Below are positions 19,097 to 29,713 of a DNA stretch of 64,000 bases, one piece after another. Position 1 is the stretch's first letter. Every line of letters starts with the position of its first letter. Both the position numbers and the translations under genes were made by a program. Under the pieces are notes generated by a model. It was not told the origin of the DNA, made no database searches, and saw nothing but the letters and a program-made list of their open reading frames with translations. The stretch comes from an uncultured Chloroflexia bacterium (lineage in GTDB: Bacteria > Chloroflexota > Anaerolineae > Anaerolineales > Villigracilaceae), in the NCBI GenBank assembly GCA_963752775.1, contig CAVVZL010000035.1, positions 10,249 through 74,248 on the forward strand, in the 5' to 3' direction.

Positions 19097-20209
19097 TTAA
19101 GAGGCCTTTTCCAAAAACTCTTCAAGTCTGACGACGGCCTCTGGTAAATTCTTTCGTCCAAGTCCCAAACGGAAATGATTAGCATGTTCATCATACATTG
19201 AGCCGGGCAAAAGCAGGACTCCCGCTTTGTGAACCAGTTCATCGCAAAACAATTCTACATCACTGCCGAGATAATGAGGAAACGCCATCGAACCGGCACG
19301 CGGACGAATCCATGAAAAGAGATTCGCATAATGCTGAAAGAAATCATCCATAATCGAGAGATTATGCTTAATGATACTCAGATTCCGATCAATCAATTTT
19401 TGACGATTACGCATCGCAACTTCTGCCAAAAACTCACTTGGCGCGGAATTGCAAATCGTAGTGTAATCTTTGAGTGAAGCTATTCCTTCATAGATATTTT
19501 TATTCTTCGTCGCGATCCACCCGATCCGCAAACCAGCAGACCATACGTCTTTGATGTCACACCCAGCGGACACTGCATGATCGCCAAGATCGCAGGCGGC
19601 GGGCAGACGAGCGGAGGGATCGTATTCCGATTCGCGGTAAACCTCGTCTGAAAACAAGAGCAGATTATTTTCTCGTGCGAAGCGATGAACGGATTCACAA
19701 TCAGCGCACGACATCAAATATCCGGTCGGGTTATGCGGCGTATTGAGGATGATCGCTTTTGTGTTCGGTTAAATCATCCGACGCAATTCATCCAGATCAA
19801 GCGCCCAATGATTTTCTTCACGTGCAAGCCATAGACTAACATCACAACCAATCGAGTGCGCCACATCGGACAACGATTGATAACATGGACAATGCACGAT
19901 GATGTGATCGCCCGCTTCGAGCGCGGCGTGCATAAAGAGAAAGATGGCTTCCTCAGCCCCAGTGTGAACCAGAATATTTTCTGGTTGTATTGTTCTATAT
20001 AATTCGCAGATGGCTTGACGCAAAGATGCACTACCCTGCGATTCGGTATATCCGAGCCAATGCGACTGAAATTTCTCCGCCGCCTCCGGTTCAAGCGACA
20101 ACAAATCAGCGACAGTCATCGATTCGCAATCGGAACTGCAAAGCAGGTATTGAGTATTGAATTCGTATTTGGCGAAGTAGCGTTCGAGTTTGAATGGAGG
20201 AAGTTGCAT
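19097..20209 (-). CDS. class I/II PLP-dependent aminotransferase (in-frame TAA plus local indels)
   Basis: ORFs 19769..20209 and 19097..19717 are in the same frame, separated by TAA 19769..19771. LNTPHNPTG motif is present. The PLP-Lys region SKTYGL is recovered only in alternate frame 19480..19698. Confidence 0.8.
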
Positions 20210-20275
20210 AAATCGTTTTCCAAACGCAAAATAATAAAAACCTTTGGGCCTTTTGTGCCCTTTACGTTTAACCTT

Positions 20276-20740
20276 TTAAGAGCGCCTCAAATCGCGATAA
20301 TGAGTTTGGTTATGGATATATACCATCTTTATCATCTCGCGCAGAGTTGTGACGCCTAAGCCTGGATGCCGTCCAGTCTTTTCCAAATCAAAATCGCTGA
20401 TGTTTGAAACCCATTCAACCATTTGGGCACGCATCGCCTTATATTGCTCTAACAACTCCTCTGGATTTAAATTTTTTGTCTTTTCCTGCTGGCTGGCATT
20501 ATAACGGTCAATTACAAAATCTTCGGCGGCGCCTTGTCCGCCCTGACGAATATTCTCGAATAGTTTTACAAAGGCGCGCTCGGAGGTCATTAAATGTGAA
20601 AGGATATTGCGGATGGTCCATACAGAACCTTCAGTATAAACTTCCTTCTTCCATTGATCATCCGTTAAGCCTCCGAAGAATCGCAGCAAACTTTTCACCT
20701 TCGGATTTTAGTTTCTGCGCCAGTATAGAAGTTTCAGGCA
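20276..20740 (-). CDS. DinB-family protein
   Basis: ORF 20276..20698 has ILSHLMTSERAF...HNQTHYRDL. It is extended to ATG 20740 (MPETSILAQKLKSEGEK) through a frame change in a GAAAAG run. Confidence 0.7.
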
Positions 20741-20772
20741 TCACGCTTCCTAAAGTAATAAATATGAAAGTT

Positions 20773-22398
20773 TTATGGAAATATGATCGGATGATCTATA
20801 AAATCAACCGCTTTATTTCCCTGATCCGCCGCCCACGAATATCCTCTAAATTTTGAAATCAAATGAACTATGGTCTGGCTGTCCGCGAAATCAGGACGAA
20901 CGTAATAATAATGCGTATCATACGGTGTCACGCCAAATATCGCGGCAAGAATGTAATGATGGCTTTCGGCATAATTCTTGAGAGTCATCGTCATCGCAAA
21001 CCAAGCCGGATCAAGATAATGATCGGGTGTGGTCGGCGGAACTGAGCGGAGAAAAATGGGCATGAAAAATAATCAATTCAGGTTTGTATCGATCCAAATA
21101 ATCCGCGGTGATTTCGCCGTGATGCGCGATCCATTCATCGTTCAGTCCCCACGTGTCAATCGCATTCCATTGCGAATACAACGGCAAAAGCCCCGCTTCC
21201 GAAGTTGCCATGGTGTAGCCGCGGCTGGAATACGGTTCAACGCTTGAGCCATGTCATAACGTCCATCACGGAAGTAACCAATAGACGCTCCTTGATTATA
21301 TGAAGAATGCAAAATCAAAACCGCGATAATCGATAAGCCCACGATGAGAAACAAACGACGGACCCGTCTCGATCTGACCCAAAGCGGGTACAGCCAATCT
21401 CCTGGTCGAATCCACTCACCAACGGAAACCACGAAAGCAAGACGATCGGCAACAATGCATATTGAAATCGTCCGCCGAAATTTGTTTCATTTGAAACCAG
21501 AATAAAAGCCGACGCAAATCCAATGACAGGAACGAGAAAGGCAATGGTTTGCCGCGCGATTTTCGATGAACGAAAACCAATCAAATATGCCAACAGGAAC
21601 AATCCACAAAGCAAAAAGAGATTTGTAAATGATGCTTGAAGTCCATCCCAATGCAATAACCCTCCGCCCTTTTTATAAAACGGATTCGGCAACGGATACC
21701 CAAAATAGTTCCAGCGCCATACAAAGTATATCCCGCCGAGAATTAAGAACACGCCCACGAAGATGGCAATCGTCTTTGAAGATGCGCGCCAGCCTTTCAT
21801 AATGATAATCGCAATTAGCATCAATCCGGCCAGGATGACTCCTTCAGGCCGAATCAGGCCCGTGATCAAACCTGAAAACGCGAACAGTGCGGAAAGCCAT
21901 AGGTGTGGATTCTCTTTTTGAATCGAGAAGCAAGCTTAAAGTCCAGGTAAGAGCCGCAAAGAGCGCAAAGAGTGGTGTCCCAAAATAGGCGGCGACATAG
22001 GTCAAACCTGTGCCAACTGCAAGAAATAATGCCGATAGAGCTGCGAAAGCAATATGTGATTTCCACACTCTGCGATTGACCCAATATATCAATAGTGTAA
22101 GCGCGGCAACAGAAAACAATCCCAGCACTCGTACCGCGCGCCCAAGTGGTAGACCAATCTTCATTAACACAGCAACGCCGACCATAAAAAGAAAATCAGT
22201 TGCACCATCTACCGGGTGCTGGCCGATATTCCAGACAATGCCATAACCATGAGCCAGGTGGTCGGAATAACGCATGAGCATGGCCGCGTCTTCAAATGGT
22301 GGCATGTTGAAGTTAACAAAGAATATTGAAAATAGAGCAAGGACAAATACTAAAGCAGCAGAAACGACCAAATCGGGATGATGTTTAACAAAAGACAT
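20773..22398 (-). CDS. large polytopic membrane protein of unknown function (possible GT-C-like), at least four frame breaks
   Basis: ORFs 21844..22431 (ATG 22398, MSFVKHHPDL), 21315..21869, 21142..21432, 21011..21211 and 20773..21063 join. About 11 TM helices precede a soluble C-terminal domain (...WGLNDEWIAHHGEITADYLDRYKPELIIFHAHFSP...). Confidence 0.5.
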
Positions 22399-22402
22399 GA
22401 AT

Positions 22403-23130
22403 TTATCCAAGCAGAGAATAACCGCCATCAATTACGAGAGTTTGGCCGGTCACATATTCGTTCGAAAGCAAAAACTCCATGGCAGCAGCAACCTCTTCCA
22501 CCGTGGCAGCACGTTTGAGCGGAAGACGTTCAACGAGATGATCCCAATCGTCGGTCGGATACAAGGTCGGATTGTAATACGAGCCCCGGCGCGATAGCGT
22601 TAACTCGAATGGACGGCGCAAACGATCGGGCTAAGATCTTCGTCAATACCTCCAACCCGGCTTTACTCACCGAATAGGATGGATATCGGCTCCACGTCTT
22701 ATGCGCGCCGACATCAGTAACATTTACGATCAATCCGCCATTCGTCATTCTTTTGGCCGCCTCCTGCGCGCAGAGAAACGGGGCGCGCAAGTTGAGATCA
22801 AATGCCGCATCCCAATCCTTCGCTGAAAGGGTGTGTGGATCGCCCACCGGAATAATCGCTGCAGAATTGACGAGCACTTTCAATGGATATTGAATTTTAT
22901 CCACCATTGCAAATAAGGATGATATTTGTTTTGGATCGGTTAAATCTGCCTGCGAAAGAAAAACAGGCATGCCCAATGTGCGAATTCTGAGTTGCAGTTT
23001 TAGAAGCTTGCAATTCGGAAGACCGATAGTGCAGCAAAATGGCATATCCCCTGCGAGCCAGTGCCAGCACGAAGGCCTTACCGAGTCGGTGTGCGGCTCC
23101 TGTGACGAGAGCTAAAGGCTGATCGGACAT
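22403..23130 (-). CDS. short-chain dehydrogenase/reductase, pteridine-reductase-like (two frame breaks)
   Basis: TGAAHRLGKA dinucleotide motif, YSVSKAG (YxxxK) and C-terminal GQTLVIDGG. ORFs 22897..23130, 22530..23045 and 22403..22621 are in different frames. Confidence 0.8.
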
Positions 23131-23204
23131 AGCTTTGTTTTACCACAAAATAAAAAATGGCGTCCCGCCATAAGTACGGGACGCCGGTCCTGGTAAGATC
23201 AATC

Positions 23205-24164
23205 TTATCCTCTAAACAAATTCGAAACAAAGAACCAAATATTTGCCGGGCGTTCAGCCAGCCGCCGCATAAAGTAAGGATACCAATGCGTTCCAAACGG
23301 AACATAAACGCGAACCGGGTAGCCCTCTTTCACTAATTGATCTTGCAGGTCACGGCGGATGCCATATAACATTTGAAATTCAAACGCCTCTTTTGGAAGC
23401 CCGACCTTGGCCGCATATTGCTTTGCAAATTCGATTCGTTTTTCATCGTGTGTGGCAATCGCCGGGATTGGCGGAAAGATTCCATCATCCGAGACTTTTG
23501 GGGAACCGGCCACTAGGGCGGCATCCATCATGATCTTGGTAAGCAAATCGTAATTTGCATCGACATCGGCTTTCTTGGGAAATGCTTTGTCTGCCGGCTC
23601 CTGATAAGCGCCCTTGACTAATCGAATCTGCGTGTTATCTCCAAGCAATTTGCGGGCATCTGCTTCGGTTCGATAAAGATAAGATTGTAAAACGATCCCA
23701 ACGCCCCGGTAACCTTTCTTCTGCATCTGAGAAAAAAGACTCAGGGTCTTATCGGTATACGGCGTATCCTCCATATCAATGCGAACAAAGTTGCCGTAGG
23801 ATTGGGCGCGGGACAAGATCCGCTCCAGGTTTTCGGCACACAACTTTTCGTCAAGGCCGAGACCGATCTGGGTCAGCTTGATCGAAACGTTGGCGCGCGC
23901 GCCATCCTTTTTAATTTCATCGAATGTATTTAGGATTTCAGATGTTGCGCCTGAGGCTTCTTCGGGTGTACTGGTATTCTCCCCCAGATGATCGAGCGTG
24001 ACGTTGATGTTCTTCGCGTTCAGCTCACGAATGGCACGGATGGCATCTTCGATCTTTGTTCCCGCTACAAAACGAGAGGCAGTACGCCAGGCAAATCTCC
24101 ATTTTGTGACCATGTTCTGAGCCCAGGCGGCTTTAGAAAGATAAATCAGAATTGAGCGAAGCAT
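23205..24164 (-). CDS. proline dehydrogenase (monofunctional PRODH family)
   Basis: Intact 319 aa. VTLDHLGE, IDMED and LQSYLYR..., plus C-terminal YPYFMRRLAERPAN, are typical of bacterial PRODH. Confidence 0.8.
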   Translation of the reverse strand: MLRSILIYLSKAAWAQNMVTKWRFAWRTASRFVAGTKIEDAIRAIRELNAKNINVTLDHLGENTSTPEEASGATSEILNTFDEIKKDGARANVSIKLTQIGLGLDEKLCAENLERILSRAQSYGNFVRIDMEDTPYTDKTLSLFSQMQKKGYRGVGIVLQSYLYRTEADARKLLGDNTQIRLVKGAYQEPADKAFPKKADVDANYDLLTKIMMDAALVAGSPKVSDDGIFPPIPAIATHDEKRIEFAKQYAAKVGLPKEAFEFQMLYGIRRDLQDQLVKEGYPVRVYVPFGTHWYPYFMRRLAERPANIWFFVSNLFRG

Positions 24165-24264
24165 AGATTTCCTTTCTTAACAAAGGCTAAACTATTCTAG
24201 CACAATTACGCCCGATGCTTGTGTTATACTTTTTCACGACGAATGTCACCTTTTTGGAGGCACC

Positions 24265-25770
24265 GTGAGAAACCGCAATTCAAACATCATTTTGCGAGGA
24301 ACAGCCATTCTTTTGTTAAGCGTCGCCCTGATCCTCGCAATTATTTCATTGATAGGGTACAGCCGCCAGCGAGATTATTATCCATCCGGCATGACTATTG
24401 CAGGCGTGCCGGTCGGCGGCCTCGCCCCGCAAGCGGCTTCACAACGCGTGTTGCAAGTCTACAACACGCCGATTGAGATTCAATATAACGGCGGCATAGT
24501 TCAAGTCGATCCAACAATAATTGGCTTTCAAATGGATATGGATTCGATGCTTGCCGCCGCAGACTTAGCCCGCACGGGCGGTTCTTTTTGGGGCGGATTT
24601 TGGGATTACCTGTGGAATCGATCTCCCCAGCCAATTCAGGTTCCATTAAGAGCAACGATCGCCGAGGATCGTTTGCGAGCGTATTTGCAAACCGAGATCG
24701 CTCCTCGCTATGATCAATCTTCAACTCGTGCCGAACCAATCCCAGGTACACCGAATTACACATCCGGGACACCGAGTCAAACACTGGATATTGACCGCGC
24801 CGTTCCGCTGATTGATGGCGCACTTCAATCACCAACCAGCAGGGTTGTTGTTTTGTCATTTACACGCGCGGCGGTAGCGCGACCGACCATTCAGGACTTG
24901 GATCTACAATTAAAACAGATTATTTCAACGTCGGGCTTTGGTGGTGTCATTGGCTTGGACGCGGTTGACTTACAAAACGGACAGGAGATTCATTTTGCAC
25001 TTAATCAGGGACAGCCAATTTCCATTCAACCCGATTTAGCGTTTGCCGCACAAAGCACCATGAAAATACCGATACTAGTCTCATACTTCATCAAACACGG
25101 AACAGCTCCCGTTGACGCCGATACGGATTCAAAAATACTAGCAATGATACATGCATCGGATAATCCCTCCTCAGACGATATGATGCGTTTGCTGGATCCA
25201 ACTATTGGCCCATTGATTGTGACACAATACATGCAGAAGTTGGGTCTCGTTAATACGTTCATCATTGCTTTCTATTGCAGTCCGGAAAGCCCGTGTGCGC
25301 CTTTGCAATCATACAATTCGCCCGCCAATCAGCGATCAGACAGCAATATCACAAACCCCGATACCTACAATGAGACAACTCCGTCGGACATGGGAATGTT
25401 ATTGGAAGATGTTTACCAGTGCCAACAAACTGACGGCGGCCCATTGGTTGCCGCTTTTCCGGATAAAATGACCAAAGATGTGTGCAATAGAATTATCAAT
25501 TATCTGGAGCAGGACAAGATTGGTCAGCTCATTGAAGCAGGCGTACCAGACGGAACAGTAGTGGCGATGAAGCACGGCTGGATTTCCCGTTGCGTCGGAT
25601 GCGGCCTGACAGATATTAGCGCAGCCGGAATTGTCTTCTCTCCGGGCGGAAATTTTGTTCTTTCTGTTTATACTTATGAGTCGCCCCAAAACGATTTTGA
25701 CCCAACCAACTTATTGATTGCAAATTTAACCAAAGCAATATACAACTATTACAATCTGCCAATCCAATAA
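24265..25770 (+). CDS. membrane-anchored serine hydrolase (class A beta-lactamase-like fold) with N-terminal accessory domain
   Basis: GTG 24265 is preceded by GGAGG. One TM anchor. SxxK motif in AAQSTMKIP and a later KHGW region. 501 aa, intact. Confidence 0.65.
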   Translation: MRNRNSNIILRGTAILLLSVALILAIISLIGYSRQRDYYPSGMTIAGVPVGGLAPQAASQRVLQVYNTPIEIQYNGGIVQVDPTIIGFQMDMDSMLAAADLARTGGSFWGGFWDYLWNRSPQPIQVPLRATIAEDRLRAYLQTEIAPRYDQSSTRAEPIPGTPNYTSGTPSQTLDIDRAVPLIDGALQSPTSRVVVLSFTRAAVARPTIQDLDLQLKQIISTSGFGGVIGLDAVDLQNGQEIHFALNQGQPISIQPDLAFAAQSTMKIPILVSYFIKHGTAPVDADTDSKILAMIHASDNPSSDDMMRLLDPTIGPLIVTQYMQKLGLVNTFIIAFYCSPESPCAPLQSYNSPANQRSDSNITNPDTYNETTPSDMGMLLEDVYQCQQTDGGPLVAAFPDKMTKDVCNRIINYLEQDKIGQLIEAGVPDGTVVAMKHGWISRCVGCGLTDISAAGIVFSPGGNFVLSVYTYESPQNDFDPTNLLIANLTKAIYNYYNLPIQ

Positions 25771-25817
25771 TTTATCAACAATTTTTCCACAGGTGGACAA
25801 AGGCCGCCCGATCTGGT

Positions 25818-25861
25818 ACACAGTAACGCCATCCCACAGTTGGGGGATGGCGTTACTGTGT
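25818..25861 (+). terminator. 18-bp perfect hairpin downstream of 24265..25770
   Basis: ACACAGTAACGCCATCCC-8 nt loop-GGGATGGCGTTACTGTGT; only a weak T tract follows (ATTTC). Confidence 0.5.
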
Positions 25862-25913
25862 ATTTCAAATTAAACTTCTTCAATCATAAAACTTCAAAGA
25901 GAGGAATAATGCG

Positions 25914-26813
25914 ATGGACATAGTAAGTACTATTATGAATTCTATGGGGGCAATTTTAGGAATCGGTTTTACGCTCTGCATCTCCGTTGTTGTAATTGGC
26001 GTTGTCGGCTTTGTTTTTTACCGAATTTATCAAGGTCGGGCGCAGGCTACGTCTTTGCTTCAAAACGGGGTTCCCGCCCCAGCCACGATCGTCAGCATAC
26101 AAGATACAGGTTGGAGAATCAACGATCAACCACAAGCACTAGTAACTTTGCAAGTCACCCCTGCAGATCGTCCACCGTTCCAAGCGCAAGTGAAAGATAC
26201 TTTCAGTCCGTTTGATTTAGGCTCTCTGACACCAGGAGCTCCAGCACAAGTCCGGTTTGATCCGAACAATCCAAGCAAAGTCGCCATTAAATCATTGGGA
26301 GCGGGTATGACGGCGTCTATTAACAACATGATAGCGTCCACCGCAGCACAAAACATGATGACGCCAGGCATGATGATACCCAACAATATGATGCCAGGTG
26401 CTATGCCCGTTGTACCCGGCCAATTTACACCAAAATTTGCGGCACCGCCTCCAATGCCGGCAGGAGTGCCAGCAATGACAACTGCAGATGGCCAACCCTT
26501 AAATCCGCAATTACAAGCCGCAATGGTGACGCAAGATCAATATTACATGCAGCTACAGCAAACAGGCATAGAAGCAAAGGCTATTGTCCTTGCTTCCACC
26601 AATATGAACATTCGAAACTACACTACAGCCTGGGTATATGACATCACATTGGATGTAACATCACCGACCGGAGAACATTTCCAATCCAAAACTCAAGCAG
26701 CAGTCGTCGATACATCAGCCCATAAATATGCGGTAGGCAAAATGGTGATCGTTCGATTTGATCCGAACAACAAGGCGCAATGCACCCTGGTGCGCGCGGT
26801 TGAAAGTTTATAA
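25914..26813 (+). CDS. membrane-anchored protein with two related beta-domains joined by a Met/Pro-rich linker
   Basis: One N-terminal TM helix. Two similar modules end VRFDPNNPSKVAI and VRFDPNNKAQCTLV. Linker: NMMTPGMMIPNNMMPGAMPVVPGQFTPKFAAPPPMPAGVPAM. Confidence 0.5.
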   Translation: MDIVSTIMNSMGAILGIGFTLCISVVVIGVVGFVFYRIYQGRAQATSLLQNGVPAPATIVSIQDTGWRINDQPQALVTLQVTPADRPPFQAQVKDTFSPFDLGSLTPGAPAQVRFDPNNPSKVAIKSLGAGMTASINNMIASTAAQNMMTPGMMIPNNMMPGAMPVVPGQFTPKFAAPPPMPAGVPAMTTADGQPLNPQLQAAMVTQDQYYMQLQQTGIEAKAIVLASTNMNIRNYTTAWVYDITLDVTSPTGEHFQSKTQAAVVDTSAHKYAVGKMVIVRFDPNNKAQCTLVRAVESL

Positions 26814-26832
26814 CTCATATTCCAAAAATAAT

Positions 26833-26864
26833 AAAAAGTGGACACATGGCCGTGTCCACTTTTT
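26833..26864. terminator. bidirectional rho-independent terminator between convergent genes
   Basis: AAAAAGTGGACAC-ATGGCC-GTGTCCACTTTTT, with an A tract 5' and a T tract 3'. Confidence 0.65.
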
Positions 26865-26882
26865 ATTTAATTAAATTTGCTT

Positions 26883-28361
26883 TTAAGCAAGCCCGGCAAA
26901 GTAATCCGTCTTGACTTGATAGCTTGCTACTCCGAGTTTACGCAAAGCATCAGTCAAGGAATTTACCATGCTGCGCGAGCCCGAAATATAGAATAAACAA
27001 TTCCGATAATCCGGCACAGCCGCCTTGATCATCTGCGGATTGATGCGACCCACCTGTCCAGTCCATGAATTAGGTAAATTGCTATTATCGGTCACCGAAT
27101 ATATTGTTTTGATGCCCAATTCATATTGAGCCCGATCAAATACATCCTTGTAAACAAAATCATTGACCGTTGTGGCGGTGTAAAACAGAGTAATCAGTCT
27201 ACGCTGGCGGCTATCAAGCAAAGACTTGATCATGCTTCTGAATGGCGTGACGCCGATACCACCAGCGATGAGAACGACCTTCTGTTGCGGATTCTCGGGC
27301 AAAACAAAATCACCCGCCAATTGAGAGGCGACGATTTCAGTATCTTTGTCCATCGCAAGCAATGCTTTTTTAAAAGTGCTGGACCTTTGATTGAACTTCA
27401 CCCCCAATCGCAGATTGCGTTCGCCGGGTGAAGATGCCAGCGTGAAATATCGGCGGTTGCCGCGGTCATCAGTATCAGGATGAGCAAGCGTCCATTCCAT
27501 GTATTGACCGGGGACAAAACTAAATCTGCGTGGGGCGGGAAAAATAAATTCATAGGTATCGGGTGCGATGCGATTCTTTTCCTTAAGCTTCAGGACAAGC
27601 CTATCCTTGGAACTGACGGTATAGGATAATACATTGCCGATCAGAATCGCCACTTCCGGTGTCAAGTAAAATCCATCAAGATGAAATTGCGGTGTAAACA
27701 GGAAGCCTACCAAAACTCCATATATAATTCGTAACCGTCGAGTAGGCGGAGTCGTAAGCGGCTCTGTCAAGATGATGAATGCAAAGAACAACAATGGTGA
27801 ATAAAGGATTAGCTTTTGCGCCGAGCCAATGAAAGCGACGCCAGTAACCAAACTCGATACAAAGATTGTGGCCACAGCTGCAATCAAGAAACTGAGCACC
27901 ATATCAAACCGACCAAGCTTGCGGACCACGAGCAAGCCGCCCAAGATAACGAAGGTCAGCATTGCGCCGGAACCCACCCACCAACTAGCAGATTGATTGA
28001 TCGTGAAATATGTCAGGGCAACCGCAAAAGCCGCGGGATTAAACAAATGCTTCCCCTTCACCGCCACAATATACTTCGAGGCATTTGCTATAATCGCCGC
28101 CCAAGTGAGAAACCACAGATCATGGAGCGATGTTATCGGGGTGATGATCAGTGCCAGGATCAACGCCGTAATGTAAACCGACTCAACATTCGTTGGCACT
28201 TTAAAAATTTTGGCGAAAACTCGGTTGGTGACTGTGGAAACAGCCAGCAAAAACACGATCGTCAGCGCCAACGCGAAAGGATCAGAGGACGGATTGGCAA
28301 TACTAATGAAAAATGCAACTAAAAGTAGGGCAATTAGATAATAGAGCACGAGCCGGTACAT
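26883..28361 (-). CDS. NqrB/RnfD-like membrane domain fused to FNR-type FAD/NAD(P)H oxidoreductase domain
   Basis: The polytopic N-terminus has KHLFNPAAFA and ILTEPLTTPPT. The C-terminus has RRYFTLASSP (FAD motif) and LIAGGIGVTPF (NAD(P) motif). 492 aa, intact. Confidence 0.7.
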   Translation of the reverse strand: MYRLVLYYLIALLLVAFFISIANPSSDPFALALTIVFLLAVSTVTNRVFAKIFKVPTNVESVYITALILALIITPITSLHDLWFLTWAAIIANASKYIVAVKGKHLFNPAAFAVALTYFTINQSASWWVGSGAMLTFVILGGLLVVRKLGRFDMVLSFLIAAVATIFVSSLVTGVAFIGSAQKLILYSPLLFFAFIILTEPLTTPPTRRLRIIYGVLVGFLFTPQFHLDGFYLTPEVAILIGNVLSYTVSSKDRLVLKLKEKNRIAPDTYEFIFPAPRRFSFVPGQYMEWTLAHPDTDDRGNRRYFTLASSPGERNLRLGVKFNQRSSTFKKALLAMDKDTEIVASQLAGDFVLPENPQQKVVLIAGGIGVTPFRSMIKSLLDSRQRRLITLFYTATTVNDFVYKDVFDRAQYELGIKTIYSVTDNSNLPNSWTGQVGRINPQMIKAAVPDYRNCLFYISGSRSMVNSLTDALRKLGVASYQVKTDYFAGLA

Positions 28362-28383
28362 CGTGATGCGGTTCAGCTGATTA

Positions 28384-29160
28384 TCAACGAATTAAATCAT
28401 TTAATACATACCTCGTGAAGCCAGCAGTGAAGGTAGCTTGTTTATCTTTATCAATCATATATCCTTCGAAGCCTGGCAGATATTCGATGAAATCAATTCC
28501 GGATCGTCCCATCGCAAACGCAGAAGTCGCAAACCGATCCGCTTCGTAAACATCGGGCCCAATCACAGTCAGACTCAAAATGTCAGTAATGTCTTTTCCG
28601 GAATCCATTGGATTATAAATATGCTGACCGCGCACATACGTTCCCGAAGTTGCCACGCCACAATCAGAAACCGATAATACTTTGACGAGCTCGTCCCTGT
28701 TGAATGGGTTGCGGATGCCAACACGCCATTTCTCGCCCTGACTGTTCTTTCCGCAGGCTTGAATATCGCCACCCGCGTCCACATAGAAATTTTCAAAACC
28801 CATTTTATGAAAAATCTCAGCGGCGTTATAAATAGCCCAGCCTTTAACAATACCGGACGGATCAATAATGCCGTTGTGATGAATGTCGAAATAACCATTC
28901 GACTCGCGGCGCGTTTGTTCAGCTAACTCAAAGATCAGTTTCATTTCTTCGCCGGCCTCATCCAACTTCAAGTCGCCGCGATTGAGGCTTGAGATTTCGC
29001 TCGAATCTTTATAGGTGCTGAATTTATCATCAACGTATTGAAAGTAATCAAACACGTCATCGAGAGCCGAGTCGCTGATCATCGGACCCACGACTTCCAG
29101 CGTGATCGGCATGCCCATCATAATGCGCGTCTGCTTTACGCAATCAATGAGCATTGGCAA
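28384..29160 (-). CDS. apbE: ApbE-family FAD:protein FMN transferase
   Basis: MGMPITLEV..., FSTYKDSSEIS, VDAGGDI and VATSGTY... are ApbE signatures. The start is uncertain (29160/29154/29121) and no signal peptide is visible. It overlaps the upstream gene end. Confidence 0.8.
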   Translation of the reverse strand: MPMLIDCVKQTRIMMGMPITLEVVGPMISDSALDDVFDYFQYVDDKFSTYKDSSEISSLNRGDLKLDEAGEEMKLIFELAEQTRRESNGYFDIHHNGIIDPSGIVKGWAIYNAAEIFHKMGFENFYVDAGGDIQACGKNSQGEKWRVGIRNPFNRDELVKVLSVSDCGVATSGTYVRGQHIYNPMDSGKDITDILSLTVIGPDVYEADRFATSAFAMGRSGIDFIEYLPGFEGYMIDKDKQATFTAGFTRYVLNDLIR

Positions 29161-29713
29161 GCGCCGATTGTAATGACATTTGAAAGCCTTCGCTGGTCAG
29201 CGTAGCGCCCGAAATAATATCCACGTTGGCGGATTGCGCTTGAATTGCCTCCTGTTGAAGATACGGCATGGCAATCGCGTTGATTTGCTGTGAGGTGCGA
29301 CGGTCGTTAGGAAATTGTAGGAACTGAACGCTTGTGATCTTCCCGTTTCGAACGGTCGCCTGAACCTCCACCAAGCCGTAATTTACATCCACTGTAGGTC
29401 CGGTATAGGTTCCATCCCTGTAACCGCTGGCGTTGGATGACGCCGAAGTGGGAGCGGGAACCTGCGTTGATGTATTGGCAGCGGAACTACTCGACGATGG
29501 ATCGGTGGTTGGAGCGGCCGCAGACGAATTGGACGGGTCTTGATTCGCGCTGGCAGTCGGCGCGGCTGAAGCGTTGCTTGGTCCGCCACCGGAATTTGTC
29601 AACCTTTCGTGGATCGCGTAGGCGATGAAAGCAAACACGACAAAGGCGGACAGAAAAAACTTTTGGATGACCCGGTTAAAATTAGAGCTAGAATTAAATC
29701 GGTTTTTTGACAT
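29144..29713 (-). CDS. membrane-anchored extracytoplasmic FMN-binding (FMN_bind) protein, predicted ApbE substrate
   Basis: Positively charged N-terminus plus one TM helix, a Ser/Ala/Pro-rich linker, and an FMN_bind domain with flavinylation motif DIISGATLTS. Confidence 0.75.
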   Translation of the reverse strand: MSKNRFNSSSNFNRVIQKFFLSAFVVFAFIAYAIHERLTNSGGGPSNASAAPTASANQDPSNSSAAAPTTDPSSSSSAANTSTQVPAPTSASSNASGYRDGTYTGPTVDVNYGLVEVQATVRNGKITSVQFLQFPNDRRTSQQINAIAMPYLQQEAIQAQSANVDIISGATLTSEGFQMSLQSALANAH

